Positions 28,464 through 39,169 of a stretch of DNA of 64,000 bases are shown piece by piece; the first letter of the stretch is position 1, and the number at the start of each line of letters is the position of its first letter. The stretch comes from an uncultured delta proteobacterium (GTDB lineage Bacteria; Desulfobacterota; Binatia; Binatales; Binataceae). The stretch lies in assembly GCA_963711565.1 (NCBI GenBank), contig CAVQEQ010000001.1, positions 960,001-1,024,000 on the forward strand, in the 5' to 3' direction. The position numbers and the translations under genes are program-made. The notes below the pieces were generated by a model. The model worked only from the letters and a program-made list of their open reading frames with translations, did not search any database and was not told where the DNA came from.

Positions 28464-29476
28464 TGGCCAAAGTTCGAGAGTTCGGCGTCGGCTTCGAGAA
28501 TCTGCACCCACGCGAGTTCGTCGCGCACGCCAAACGAGCCGAAGATGCGGGCTTCGGGACATTCTGGGTGCCCGAAGATCCCTTCTATCGCGGCGCGTTC
28601 AGCGTGGCGTCGGCGATCGCGTGCGGCACCTCAAAGATCAAGATCGGTCTGGGCATCGTGAATCCATACTTGCGGCATCCCGCGCTCACCGCGATGGAAT
28701 TCGCGGCGCTGGACGAACTCGCGGACGGGCGTGCGATTCTCGGGATCGGCGCGGGGCTGAAGGATTGGATCGAGGGGCGGTTGAAGATTCCGTACAAACT
28801 GCCGACCTGGGCGATGCGCGAGACGGTCGAGATCGTGCGGCGATTCTTTCGCGGCGAGGAGCTGTCCTACGCGGGCCGCGTCTTCAACGCCGAGCGGGTC
28901 AAATTGAGTTTCAAGCCGGCGCGCACCGAGATCCCGATCTATCTCGGAATACTCGGCCCGAAGAACTGCGAACTGACCGGCGAAGTCGCCGACGGGCTGC
29001 TGCTCAGCATCATGTCGTCGCCGGCCTACGTCAGATTCGCGATGGAACATGCCCGGCAGGGGCTGAAGAAATCGGGGCGCAGCGAGAACGACTTCAACGT
29101 CGGCGCCTACATCTTCTCGTCGATATCGGAGGACGAGCGCGCGGCGCGCGATCGACTGCGGCCCATCGTCGCGATCATGGTCTCGCTGATGGCGCCGCAG
29201 CCGAATACGCCGATTTTCGCCGCCGCGGGTTTGCCGGCTGAGACGATCGTCAAATTTGGCGAGAGTTTTGCGCGCGGCAAGCTTCCCGTCAACATGGTGA
29301 CCGACGAGATGCTCGATACGTTCACGATTGCCGGCAGTCCCGCGCGATGCCGCGAGAACCTCGCGAAACTGATCGAAGCCGGCGTGACGGCGCCGGTATT
29401 TTTCGAAGTGCCGGGCATCCCGCCGCAGCAGACGATGGACGATGCAGAAAAGCATCTGCTGCCGTATTTCACTTAA
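28463..29476 (+). CDS. LLM-class flavin/F420-dependent oxidoreductase
   Basis: AEDAGF..FWVPE, NPY.RHPA..A, LDEL.DGRA.LGIG.G, GEVADG. Confidence 0.9.
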   Translation: MAKVREFGVGFENLHPREFVAHAKRAEDAGFGTFWVPEDPFYRGAFSVASAIACGTSKIKIGLGIVNPYLRHPALTAMEFAALDELADGRAILGIGAGLKDWIEGRLKIPYKLPTWAMRETVEIVRRFFRGEELSYAGRVFNAERVKLSFKPARTEIPIYLGILGPKNCELTGEVADGLLLSIMSSPAYVRFAMEHARQGLKKSGRSENDFNVGAYIFSSISEDERAARDRLRPIVAIMVSLMAPQPNTPIFAAAGLPAETIVKFGESFARGKLPVNMVTDEMLDTFTIAGSPARCRENLAKLIEAGVTAPVFFEVPGIPPQQTMDDAEKHLLPYFT

Positions 29477-29490
29477 GAGAGGAATCGACG

Positions 29491-30987
29491 ATGGCATTCA
29501 AGGTTCCCAGCGCTGAAGAATTGAAGAGAATCGCGCGCGCGAATCATATCGAGCTGACCGCTGGGGAGCTCGCGGCGTTGGAAAGCATGATGCCGGGGCA
29601 AATGGCGATCCTCGAGAAGATCGACGCGATTGCCGAGATGCCGCGGGAATCGGTGACGCGCTATCGCGATCGCAAGGCGGGCGAGCGCCCATCGGCCAAG
29701 GACGATCCGCTCAACGCGATCGTCACGCGATGCAGCGTCAAGGGCGCGGCGAGCGGTCCGCTGAAGGGCAAGCGCGTCGGAGTGAAGGACAGCGTGTGCG
29801 TGGCCGGCATTCCGGCGAGCGGCGGGTCGTCGGTGCTGAAGGGTCACGTGGCCGCCGCCGACGCGACGATTGTTGCGCGGATGCTCGACGCGGGCGCGGA
29901 AATCGTCGCGACATTGAACATGGACGACTTCGCGCTGTCGGGCGACGGCCGCACCAGCTTTTACGGACCGGTGCGCAATCCGCACAACCCGGAGTATTGC
30001 GCGGGCGGTTCGTCATGCGGCTCGGCGGCGGCGCTCTACTACGACGATATCGATCTGACGGTAGGCACCGACCAGGGCGGCTCAATCAGAATTCCCGCGT
30101 CGTGGTCGGGCGTAGTCGGTATCAAGCCGACCTACGGCCTCGTGCCTTACACGGGCGTGATGAGTATTGACCCCACTCTCGATCACGTGGGCCCGATGGC
30201 GCGTACCGTGAGCGACGTTGCGATGCTGCTCGAAGTGATCGCGGGCAAGGACCCGCTCGATCCGCGCCAGCGCGAAGTGACGACCGCGCCGTATCGCGAG
30301 GCGCTCGGCAAGTCGCTTGACCGTATCAAGCTGGGCGTTGTGCGAGAGGGCTTTACGCAAGCAGGCGCCGAGGCCGACGTGAACGCCGCGGTGAATCGCG
30401 CAGTCGCGGCACTCGGGAAGCTCGGCGCACGCGCGACCGAGATTTCGATTCCCGCGCACAGCGACGCCTCCGATCTGCTCTACGCGATCGTGCCCGAGGG
30501 GATGGCGATGCTGGCGCGCACGAACCTGCACGGGACGCATCACGCGGGTGCGTACATGCCCGAACTCGCCGCGCATTTCGGGCAGCACTTCCCGGAGCGG
30601 GCGAACAACGTCGCGCTGACCGTCAAGTTCATGCTGATATTCGGCAACCTCGTGCGCGAGCGCTATCACGGAAAATATTATGCGAAGGTGCAGAGCTATC
30701 GGCCCGCGCTGACGGCGAAATACGACGCTGCGCTCAAAGAATACGACGCGCTGGTGATGCCCTCGACGCCCATGAAGGCGCATCGCCAGGACTCGCAGGC
30801 GCCGTACTCGATGATCACCAACACGGCGCCGTTCGATATCACGGGGCATCCGGCGATCAGTGTGCCGTGCGCGAAATCGAACGGACTGCCGGTCGGGTTG
30901 ATGATCGTCGGGCGGCACTTCGACGACTTGACACCGCTGAAGATTGCGTATGCGTACGAGCAGAGCGTCGATTGGCTGAGGCCGTAG
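29491..30987 (+). CDS. Amidase signature family protein
   Basis: GPL.GK...VKD, GGSSCGS, GTDQGGSIRIPAS, LDHVGPM. Confidence 0.93.
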   Translation: MAFKVPSAEELKRIARANHIELTAGELAALESMMPGQMAILEKIDAIAEMPRESVTRYRDRKAGERPSAKDDPLNAIVTRCSVKGAASGPLKGKRVGVKDSVCVAGIPASGGSSVLKGHVAAADATIVARMLDAGAEIVATLNMDDFALSGDGRTSFYGPVRNPHNPEYCAGGSSCGSAAALYYDDIDLTVGTDQGGSIRIPASWSGVVGIKPTYGLVPYTGVMSIDPTLDHVGPMARTVSDVAMLLEVIAGKDPLDPRQREVTTAPYREALGKSLDRIKLGVVREGFTQAGAEADVNAAVNRAVAALGKLGARATEISIPAHSDASDLLYAIVPEGMAMLARTNLHGTHHAGAYMPELAAHFGQHFPERANNVALTVKFMLIFGNLVRERYHGKYYAKVQSYRPALTAKYDAALKEYDALVMPSTPMKAHRQDSQAPYSMITNTAPFDITGHPAISVPCAKSNGLPVGLMIVGRHFDDLTPLKIAYAYEQSVDWLRP

Positions 30988-30990
30988 CAA

Positions 30991-31694
30991 GTGCAACTCG
31001 CAAAGCGATTCGTGGACGTGGGAATTTTCACAAATCGGATCGACGAGATGCGCGCGTTTTACGGCGAACGAGTCAGGCTGCCCTATGAGGAGTTGCTGCC
31101 GGTCGGCGGCGGCGTCCGGCAATATCGCTACGGGCTGCTCGGCTCGGTGCTCAAGATAAATCACTCGCGCGATCCGCAGCCGGCGCGAATCGCGGGCGGC
31201 TACCGGATGCTTTCGATTTCCGATCCGCGAACTCCGATGCCGATCCCGATGCAGGACCCCGACGGCAACGACCTCGAGCTGATCCCGGGCGGCCAGCGCG
31301 GGGTCAATCAGATCGAAATCCATATCGGCGTCACCGACGAGGCCGCCTTCGAGCATTTCTACGCCGACGCGCTGAATGGTGAGCGGCTGGCAGCCGGTCG
31401 TTTCAAGCTCGGCGAGACGATCATCAGCTTCCGCCACGACCCGGCGGCCGTGTCCGCATCGAAGTCAGAGCCGGACGTGATGGCGTCGATGCGCGCAGTC
31501 GGGATGCGTTATATCACGATCCAGGTGCGCGACTGCGACAGCGAGCATCGGCGTTGATGTCGATGGGCGTGTGGGAAGGCGCCGCGCCGCTGACGCTCGG
31601 CAAGGTCGCGCGCATCTCGATGATTCGCGATCCCGACGGCAACTTCATTGAGATTTCACAGCGGGCCTCGCTGACTGGCCCGATCCCGAGCTGA
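30991..31694 (+). pseudogene. VOC/glyoxalase-family protein, 1-nt deletion frameshift at ~31550
   Basis: First DPDGN.LEL module in frame; the second module IRDPDGNFIEISQ continues in a shifted frame to TGA at 31692-31694. Confidence 0.8.
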
Positions 31695-33396
31695 CTGGGG
31701 GCACGGCGGGCGCGGCTGGGGGCTCGGAAACGAGCAGCGAGCGAACGATCGGCACCAGCGACAGTTGCGACGGTTCGTCGCCCGCGATCCCATCGACGAG
31801 CTGCTTCAGCTTCGCGCCCGGATAATCCTTGCGCGCAACGATCAGCGGGATGTGACTGTCCTGCATCGACGCGCTGCCATGCCACGAATGATACGGCGCC
31901 GAGAAGTAGAAGCGGTCTTTAATCGGCCGGTTTAGCCCCGACTTCGACAGCAGCAGCACGTCGCCGGCGCGATTGCCGTATGGCCCCGCGCTCAGCCATC
32001 GCATCCGTCGGTTGAGCTGGATCAAATCGGGCCGCGGATGCAGGAGCAGGTAGAGCCAAATCGGCACGAGCCGATGCCCGTCGAATATTTCGTACTGGTT
32101 GGTGAGTTGCCCCGGCGGAGTCGGAACGCGCGCAAAGACCAGGTCGAGCGTGCCCTTCATGAGCTGCACGCGCTTGCCGTATTTGTTCGCGTAGTAAAAC
32201 GCGCGTGCGACCGGCAGCACGTCCTGTTTGTAGCGCGGCGGGCGCTTCCAATCGCAAGTCATGCCGGGATTGGGACAGGTCGAGCGGTCGGCCAGGTAGA
32301 CGTAGGCGATCGCGCCCTGGTACGCGAAGGCGGCCTGGTAATCCTGCTCGTCCTTGCTCGGATTCAGCACCAGTTTTCGCGGCCGGAATCCCGCGGCTTC
32401 GACGACTGCGGTTGGCCCGTCGCTCTCGTTGGCTCCAAGCGCGTGGCGCGGATCCTTCAGCACCGGAGTGTGACCGTGATCGGCGATCACCACGACGGAT
32501 GTCTGATCGAGAATGCCGTATTGGCGATACGCGTCGAGAATCTTGGCAACCAGCGGATCGGTGACATTCTCGAGGTAGGCAGTCTCCATCGGCAGAGGAT
32601 CAGGCGCGAGATGCGTGTACAAGTCGATTCCCGGGAAATACACCACCTGGATGTTGGGAACTCCGTGCGCCTTCATCGAATCGAGCAGCTTCGGCACCGA
32701 GTCCTCATCCATCTGCTGGTAGATGTCGCGCTTGCCCGACGAATGCTCGCCTTTGCCACTCACGAATTCCGTGAACAGCGAAACCATGTCGGTGGGATCG
32801 ATGATCGTGAAGTAATCGGCGCCGCGATAAACCATGTTCATCGAGACCGCCGATCGCACTCCCGCCTGCTGAAACAGCGTCGGCACCTTGAGCTGCCTGC
32901 CCACCAGGTTGTCGGTGATCATCGCGTGGTTGTCGTCCATCTCTTCGACCGAAACCGGCACCGGCGCGTAGAATTTCATTTCCTCGCGCACGAACCACTC
33001 GTTGCCCGTCACTCCGGTCTGCGCCGGCGGCGCGCCGGTAAAAATCGACGACCATGCAGCGACTGTCGTCAACGGCAGGATGCTGACCGCGTTGGGCACC
33101 GAGTAGGCGTGCTCGTACAATCCGCCGCCCTCGTCCTTGCCGAGCATCCCGGCCATCGCGGGCGCCTTGCCCGAGTTGATTGCGGCCATCAACTGATCGT
33201 CGCCGGCGCCGTCGAAGGCGAAGATCAGAACATACGGCCCCGGCTCGACCGGCCGCGGCTCGCGTTTAACTTGCTTCTCGCCACCATTGACCAGGAGTTT
33301 GACCGAGCTGCATGCGGCAAGCGTCACGATAGCGACACACGTCGAGACCAGCGCGCAGCGGATGAGGTTTGAGACAGGTCTATGGCGCGGCATCAA
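31645..33396 (-). CDS. Alkaline phosphatase superfamily (NPP-like) lipoprotein
   Basis: Lipobox LAAC, FAFDG, P.TT....SIFTG, D...H, ADHG, WHGS. Confidence 0.85.
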   Translation of the reverse strand: MMPRHRPVSNLIRCALVSTCVAIVTLAACSSVKLLVNGGEKQVKREPRPVEPGPYVLIFAFDGAGDDQLMAAINSGKAPAMAGMLGKDEGGGLYEHAYSVPNAVSILPLTTVAAWSSIFTGAPPAQTGVTGNEWFVREEMKFYAPVPVSVEEMDDNHAMITDNLVGRQLKVPTLFQQAGVRSAVSMNMVYRGADYFTIIDPTDMVSLFTEFVSGKGEHSSGKRDIYQQMDEDSVPKLLDSMKAHGVPNIQVVYFPGIDLYTHLAPDPLPMETAYLENVTDPLVAKILDAYRQYGILDQTSVVVIADHGHTPVLKDPRHALGANESDGPTAVVEAAGFRPRKLVLNPSKDEQDYQAAFAYQGAIAYVYLADRSTCPNPGMTCDWKRPPRYKQDVLPVARAFYYANKYGKRVQLMKGTLDLVFARVPTPPGQLTNQYEIFDGHRLVPIWLYLLLHPRPDLIQLNRRMRWLSAGPYGNRAGDVLLLSKSGLNRPIKDRFYFSAPYHSWHGSASMQDSHIPLIVARKDYPGAKLKQLVDGIAGDEPSQLSLVPIVRSLLVSEPPAAPAVPPVSSGSGQSARPAVKSQ

Positions 33397-33449
33397 TCTA
33401 CGATCCTATGCCGAAACGAATTTTGGGAAAACTTAGGCGCGCTTTCAGA

Positions 33450-34004
33450 TCAGCGCAGGGACTTTTCGTACTGGCGCGCGATGAAGCGGCGGTTCGATTC
33501 GGGGACGGTGGCGTCGTCGCGTGCGTCCAGCTCGATGTCCGCGACGCGCACGAATCCTGCCTGCTCGTAGTAACTGCAGAGCGTTTTGTTCCCCGAAAAA
33601 CAGTCGAGGCGGAGAAGCTTGCGGCCGGTCGATGCGGTGACGTATTCCGCAAACTTGAGCAGCTCGACGCCCAACCCGCGCGCCTCCCGACGCACCGCGA
33701 TACGGTGGAGATAGCCGGCCTCATCTTTAGTGCCCGGCCAGAACAGATCGTCGCGCCACATCAACGTGAACGTGCCAACCGCGCGGCGCTCGCGCCTTGC
33801 GATGTACACTTCGCCTCGCGCAATGCCACCGGCGACCAGCTCGCGCGGGAATCCGTCAACGCGCCACTGATTGATCCCGCGCGACGCGAGCCATCGCGCT
33901 GTCTGGTTCAGAATATCGAGCACGTCATCGAGGTCGGCGGGAGTCGCAAGACAAATTTCCACCGAGCCAATCGCGGTTGCGATCGGCTCGGCGGTAGAAC
34001 TCAT
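33450..34004 (-). CDS. GNAT-family acetyltransferase
   Basis: WL..RGI.QW, YLHRIAV...RGLG, LRLDC...N..L..YY...GF. Confidence 0.88.
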   Translation of the reverse strand: MSSTAEPIATAIGSVEICLATPADLDDVLDILNQTARWLASRGINQWRVDGFPRELVAGGIARGEVYIARRERRAVGTFTLMWRDDLFWPGTKDEAGYLHRIAVRREARGLGVELLKFAEYVTASTGRKLLRLDCFSGNKTLCSYYEQAGFVRVADIELDARDDATVPESNRRFIARQYEKSLR

Positions 34005-34023
34005 TTCAGGAGAATTGCGGAGG

Positions 34024-35241
34024 TCACGCCCAGCGTGAGCGGGGACGATTGCGCGTCGAGCGATTACGCGCACCCGACGAACGGAACACCGTCACCGGCT
34101 TGGGCGCGTGAATCTCGATTTTCTCGAAACCCTCGACGTGCTCGCGATCGAGCGAGTTGCCGAGCGTGCGCTCGAGCCGCGCCAGGTTCACGCGTTCCTC
34201 TTGCGTGACCAGGCTGATCGCTTCGCCCGCCTTGCCCATCCGGGCCGTGCGGCCAATACGATGGATATAGCCTTCGGTCTCGTCGGGCAGATCGAAGTTG
34301 ATCACGTGGGAAACGTCGGGGATGTCGAGTCCGCGGGAGGCCACGTCGGTCGCGACCATCACGCGATACTTCTTCGCGCGAAATCCCGCCAACGCCGCGT
34401 TGCGCTGGCTCTGCGAGCGATCACCGTGAATCTGCACCGCCTTGATATTGGCGCGGATCAGCAGCTTGGCGACGCGGTCCGCGCGGCTCTTGGTCCGCGT
34501 GAACACGATCGCGCTCTCGACTTCGGGACGCTTGAGTATCTCGAGCAGCACCGGCCCCTTGTTCTCGAGCGTGACCGGATAGATCGACTGGCGAATCTGC
34601 GACGGCGGCGCGGCCTTGGTCCCGCCGACCGTGACACGCTCGGGCGTCGTCAGAAATTCGCGCGCAATCATCTCGGGACCCGACGCCATCGTCGCCGAGA
34701 ACATCATGGTCTGCCGCTGCTTCGGTACCATCCGCATGATGCGGCGCAACTGCGGCAGGAAGCCCATGTCGAGTAGCCGGTCGGCTTCGTCGATGATCAC
34801 GACTTCAACTTTGTCGAGCTTGACGATGCCGCGCTCGATAAAATCGATGAGTCGTCCGGGACACGCGACGAGCACTTGCGCGCCCTTGCGAATCGCGTCG
34901 ATCTGATGACGCTCCGACTCGCCGCCGACGACTGTGGCGCAGCGGATGTGCGTGTGGCGTGCGATCAGATCGAACTCGCGCGCAGCCTGTGCGGCCAGCT
35001 CGCGCGTCGGCATGATCACAATCGCGGCGACGTGCCGCGTGTTCTTGCGATGCAGCCGGTCGATGGTCGGGATCAGAAAGGCCGCGGTCTTGCCGCTGCC
35101 GGTTTCAGCCGTGGCAACCACGTCGCGCCCGCTGAGCGCAACCGGGATAGCTCCGGCCTGGACCGGGGTCGGTGTGTGATGACCGCGGTCTTTGATTGAA
35201 CGATGGATCTCTGGCGATACGGGAAATTCAGAAAACGACAA
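34024..35241 (-). CDS. DEAD-box RNA helicase (RhlE-like)
   Basis: PTPVQ, TGSGKT, PTRELA, DEAD, SAT, TDVASRGLD, HRIGRTAR. Confidence 0.96.
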   Translation of the reverse strand: MSFSEFPVSPEIHRSIKDRGHHTPTPVQAGAIPVALSGRDVVATAETGSGKTAAFLIPTIDRLHRKNTRHVAAIVIMPTRELAAQAAREFDLIARHTHIRCATVVGGESERHQIDAIRKGAQVLVACPGRLIDFIERGIVKLDKVEVVIIDEADRLLDMGFLPQLRRIMRMVPKQRQTMMFSATMASGPEMIAREFLTTPERVTVGGTKAAPPSQIRQSIYPVTLENKGPVLLEILKRPEVESAIVFTRTKSRADRVAKLLIRANIKAVQIHGDRSQSQRNAALAGFRAKKYRVMVATDVASRGLDIPDVSHVINFDLPDETEGYIHRIGRTARMGKAGEAISLVTQEERVNLARLERTLGNSLDREHVEGFEKIEIHAPKPVTVFRSSGARNRSTRNRPRSRWA

Positions 35242-35424
35242 ACAGTATCCTATGGTTCAGAGCCCCGGATTCCAGTTCAGAAGAGTATGCCGAACTTGTG
35301 GGTCTGATGGGTTGAGAGGGTGGCGTCACGGAATCCGACGCGCGCATAAAGTCACGATTGACTTGGCAAGAGGTTACAGGAACCGGCGAAGCGGCACAAT
35401 GGCCCCCCGCCGCCCGGCAGTGTC

Positions 35425-35832
35425 CTAATTTGGCGAGAGGGGGCGTCGCCAGCGGACTTGGCTGCGGCCCGGCGTAAAATATAGGAGGCAGCACGGTTCC
35501 TTGACCATTACGCGGTGCCATACTCCGCATGGCACAACAAAGGCTTGGCCAGGTTGCAGCGAGATACAGCGTTCGCCAATGTCCTCATCGAGAACTAGAT
35601 CGACTGCGCCCTCGACGAGATATAGGAGTTCGTCGCCGTCGGGGTGCATCTCTCCTGCATGAGGCGGGTTCTTGGTCATTCGGGCCTCTCCTGCGAGGCG
35701 GCCCTCGACACCGGGATGAGCGCGACCTCGTTGAGCGACCGGTTCGATCGATCCAGTGGGTGTGAAACGAACAGGACTCTTCGACAGGTTAATCGGATCT
35801 TTGAGTGGCTTCGCGATCGTCTTGGCTTTCAT
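35425..35832 (-). CDS. Cupin-domain protein
   Basis: EMHPDGDELL..VEG, GQAFVVP.GVWH. Confidence 0.85.
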   Translation of the reverse strand: MKAKTIAKPLKDPINLSKSPVRFTPTGSIEPVAQRGRAHPGVEGRLAGEARMTKNPPHAGEMHPDGDELLYLVEGAVDLVLDEDIGERCISLQPGQAFVVPCGVWHRVMVKEPCCLLYFTPGRSQVRWRRPLSPN

Positions 35833-35964
35833 GCCGCTTTCTCCTGCGCCACAGATCCTGGCAAATCCTCGACCGACCATAGCCGATCCGTCACGCCAGC
35901 GGCCATAGATTAGAACACCACCCGGCGCCCGATTGCTGAGGTCCTCGGCGAATCGAAGGTGCGC

Positions 35965-36249
35965 TTAGTACGCGTCGTAATTGTCGGCGTGCAGGCGCGG
36001 ATCGTCAGCGGCGACGCACTTCCCCGCCAACGTGCGCCTTTGGATCAGAGAGTAGGTAATATTGCCCGCGACGAGCGTGGTCAGCTTGGCAAGTTCGTTG
36101 GTGCACGCGTCGGCCGTATCATAGCTGCCAATCGTCTCCCACCGCGAAAGTGGCGCATTCTTCTCGATCGACTGTTGACTCTGAGAAACCGGCGGCATTA
36201 TCAGGCACCAGGCGACGAGCATGGGCGCGGCTGCGTGGCGTAGGTTCAT
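35965..36249 (-). CDS. Small exported hypothetical protein
   Basis: W.L.MPP, APLSRW...SYDT...C, CVAADDPRL; two Cys suggest a disulfide. Confidence 0.65.
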   Translation of the reverse strand: MNLRHAAAPMLVAWCLIMPPVSQSQQSIEKNAPLSRWETIGSYDTADACTNELAKLTTLVAGNITYSLIQRRTLAGKCVAADDPRLHADNYDAY

Positions 36250-36266
36250 GTCCAAGGCGGTGAACT

Positions 36267-37445
36267 TCAGGACTGCGGGATTGGTTTCGGCGTCGATTCC
36301 ACGGCCGCGGCTTTAGCGGCGATCGCGGCGGCCTTTGCTTCAGCTTTTTCGCTGGCTGCCTTCTGCCGCAACTGCTGGAGCATCGCGCGCAGCTTGCCGG
36401 GATTCACCGGCTTCTTGAACAGCGCACCTTCGAGACCGCGCAGGCGCGAACGCTTCAGAATGTGATCCTTGTCGTAGTAGTAGGCGGTCATGAGGATCAC
36501 CGGCAAATGCGGCATGTCTTCCTTGACCTTGAGATAGAAGTCGTAGCCGTCCATCTCGGGCATCACAACGTCCGAGATCACCGCGTCGAGCTTAACGTTG
36601 CGCAGGATTCCAAACGCGGCGGACGGACGCGTCGCGCAGTGCACGATACATTTTTCGGCGCGCAGCAGGTCGGCCATCGAATTGACGACCGCTGTATCGT
36701 CGTCGAGCACCAGCACGGCCATCCCGTCGAGCGGAGATAGTTCGCTACGCGGCGCATCATGCGGCCGCGTATGGACCTTGGCATCCTCGCGCGGCGCCAA
36801 GTCGGCCATCCGCTTGCCGGCGAGATAGTCGCGCGTCTCGTACTCGCCCTTGCGCGTCATCTCGTCGAGGCGGCGGACTATCGCCTGCACGCGCTCGATC
36901 GAGTTGCGAATCGAGTCGAGGCGCTCGTTCTCGACGACCTTTTCAGCGTCGCTCAGATGCGTCTCAAGGCTTTGCGAGAGCAGCTCGAGGTTGTTGGTGA
37001 TCGATTCGAGCGGGTTATTGATTTCGTGCGCGAGGCTGACTGCTATTTCGCCCGCGGTCGCAAGCTGCTGATTATGCCGCATGCGGCGGATGTCGCGCGC
37101 GAAGCCGATCGATCCGATTTCGCTGCCGTCGTCGTCATGGATCAGCGAGCCGGTGATCATCACCGGGATGATTTCGCCGTCCTTGTTGCGGAACTCGGTC
37201 TCGAAGCTGGCGATTTGCCCCTTGTCGGCCGACGCGCGCATCGCCTTCATCACGCGCCGTGCCTCGTCGAGCGACGGATAGATGCGGGTGCATCCTTCGC
37301 CGATGATTTCCTCGGAGCTGTAGCCGAGGCTCGTGCGCGCGCCGTCGTTGTAATAGTTCACGGTGCCGCTTTTATCGACGGCAATTATGATGTCCGGCGA
37401 GCTCTCGATGAGACGCTGGAAATATTTTTTATCGAGCGAAAGCAT
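36267..37445 (-). CDS. PAS - HisKA - receiver signalling protein lacking an HATPase domain
   Basis: PAS (SPDIII, YN.GA...LGY), H-box LAHEINNPL, receiver VLDDD/SDVVMPEMDG/KP; no N/G1/F/G2 boxes. Confidence 0.85.
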   Translation of the reverse strand: MLSLDKKYFQRLIESSPDIIIAVDKSGTVNYYNDGARTSLGYSSEEIIGEGCTRIYPSLDEARRVMKAMRASADKGQIASFETEFRNKDGEIIPVMITGSLIHDDDGSEIGSIGFARDIRRMRHNQQLATAGEIAVSLAHEINNPLESITNNLELLSQSLETHLSDAEKVVENERLDSIRNSIERVQAIVRRLDEMTRKGEYETRDYLAGKRMADLAPREDAKVHTRPHDAPRSELSPLDGMAVLVLDDDTAVVNSMADLLRAEKCIVHCATRPSAAFGILRNVKLDAVISDVVMPEMDGYDFYLKVKEDMPHLPVILMTAYYYDKDHILKRSRLRGLEGALFKKPVNPGKLRAMLQQLRQKAASEKAEAKAAAIAAKAAAVESTPKPIPQS

Positions 37446-37480
37446 TGTTGATTATTTAATCCTGATTCAGTCGCGACGGA

Positions 37481-37897
37481 TTATTTCGCGGCGCGCAGCC
37501 GGAATTTCGGTATCGAGACTTCATCGCTGAGTTTTTCGAACGTAACCTCTACCGGCATCCCGCACTTGATGTCGTGCGGCTTGACCCCGAGCAGGTTCGA
37601 GATAAATTTGCATCCCTCTTCGAGCTCGACCATCACGACCGCGTACGGAACCTCTTTGGCGAACCCAGGATGGTAGAGCTGATGCATAATATTAAAGCTA
37701 AACACTTCGCCGCGACCGCTCACCGGAACCCATCGCGAGGCCGTCGAGTTACACTTCGAGCATAGGTCGTGAGCGGGGAACCGGAGCGTCCCGCAACTAC
37801 CGCACTTCTGGACCATCAGGCGGCCGGCGCGCGCACCGTCGAAGAACTCGCGCAGGTCGGGCGTGATGGCTGGGATTGGTTTGCTGATTTCGGGCAT
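37481..37897 (-). CDS. DUF35 Zn-ribbon/OB-fold protein
   Basis: CGSC..FP...CSKC, SGRGEV.SF, PY....VELEEG. Confidence 0.92.
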   Translation of the reverse strand: MPEISKPIPAITPDLREFFDGARAGRLMVQKCGSCGTLRFPAHDLCSKCNSTASRWVPVSGRGEVFSFNIMHQLYHPGFAKEVPYAVVMVELEEGCKFISNLLGVKPHDIKCGMPVEVTFEKLSDEVSIPKFRLRAAK

Positions 37898-37999
37898 CGC
37901 AGTTTGGCTTATATATCAGTTAGACGAACGGGCGATTAAAATGATTGAAACGACACCATATCACGGCACAGGCCGTGACAGCGCCACTCGCGGCTAATG

Positions 38000-39169
38000 T
38001 TAAGGTTGTGACCCCAGCACGAGGGTCGAATGCGTAGCTAGGATACCGCCGTTGCCGGAAACGAGTCCAACGTCGTGTTTTGGCACCTGCCGCCGTCCGC
38101 CATCACCCCGCATTTGCACGATTGCCTCCGCCACAGGGGTCATCCCCCACATATAAAACGAACTCAACTGGCCGCCTCCCGTGTTGACCGGGAGCGCGCC
38201 GCCGGGAGCGATTGCGCCGCTGGCCACGAACGGCCCGCCCTCGCCCTTTTTGCAGAAACCGTAATCTTCGAGCGTCACCAGTACGGTGAACGTATAGCAG
38301 TCGTACAGCTCGCAGAAATTGACGTCGCCAAGCGTGATCCCCGCCATCTTGAAGGCGGTGTCCTTGGCGATCGGCGCACCGGAGACCAGCGTCTCGAGCG
38401 GGTCGCCGCCGGGATGACCTTGTCCCATCCCCAAAATATAGACCGGTGGGCGCTTCAACGTCTTCGCGCGCTCGGCGGAGGTCACGATAACCGCCAGACC
38501 GCCGTTGGAAACCAGGCAGCAATCATAGAGATGGAACGGCTCAACCACCCATCGCGAGGCATGGTAGTCGGCGAGCGTCATCGGCGCGTCGTGGAACTGG
38601 GCGACAGGATTCAGGTTCGCCCAATCGCGCTCTGACACGGCGACGGCACCGAGATGATCGCTGGTGGTGCCGTATTTGTACATGTGGCGCTGGGCGACGA
38701 ACGCATACTGGGCGTTGACGCCGTACTGGCCGTAGTGCGCGTTCAGACCCTGGGCGAAACCGTACGACGCCGCCGAGCCCGCATCCTTGCCCTTGCTCGG
38801 CGAGGGCGGACGCAACGGAGCGTCGGCGAATACGCATGCGACGACCTCGGCCATGCCGGCGTCGATAGCCTGTGCGGCGTGCATGATCATCGCGGCCGCC
38901 GTCGCGCCGCCGAGGTTCATCGTCGCGGTCAGGCGCAGGTCGCGGATACCCATCGCGTTCTGCAGCGTCGTCGACGCCATCGGATTGTTGAACCACGTGA
39001 TCCCGGGATTCACGAGCAGGCCGTCGAGATCGGAGCGCTGGAGTCCGGCATCCTCGAGCGCGAGATTGACGGCCTCGGCCGCGAAGCCGACCGGTCCGGG
39101 ATGATCGAAGTTTTTACCCATCCGGGTCTGGCCGAGCCCGGCGATAGCGCATTTAGCTCTTAAAGACAT
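38000..39169 (-). CDS. Thiolase/SCP2-type lipid-transfer family protein
   Basis: DCCLVSNGG, ELYDCYT, LEDYGFC..GEGG, NTGGGQLS; paired with DUF35. Confidence 0.9.
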   Translation of the reverse strand: MSLRAKCAIAGLGQTRMGKNFDHPGPVGFAAEAVNLALEDAGLQRSDLDGLLVNPGITWFNNPMASTTLQNAMGIRDLRLTATMNLGGATAAAMIMHAAQAIDAGMAEVVACVFADAPLRPPSPSKGKDAGSAASYGFAQGLNAHYGQYGVNAQYAFVAQRHMYKYGTTSDHLGAVAVSERDWANLNPVAQFHDAPMTLADYHASRWVVEPFHLYDCCLVSNGGLAVIVTSAERAKTLKRPPVYILGMGQGHPGGDPLETLVSGAPIAKDTAFKMAGITLGDVNFCELYDCYTFTVLVTLEDYGFCKKGEGGPFVASGAIAPGGALPVNTGGGQLSSFYMWGMTPVAEAIVQMRGDGGRRQVPKHDVGLVSGNGGILATHSTLVLGSQP

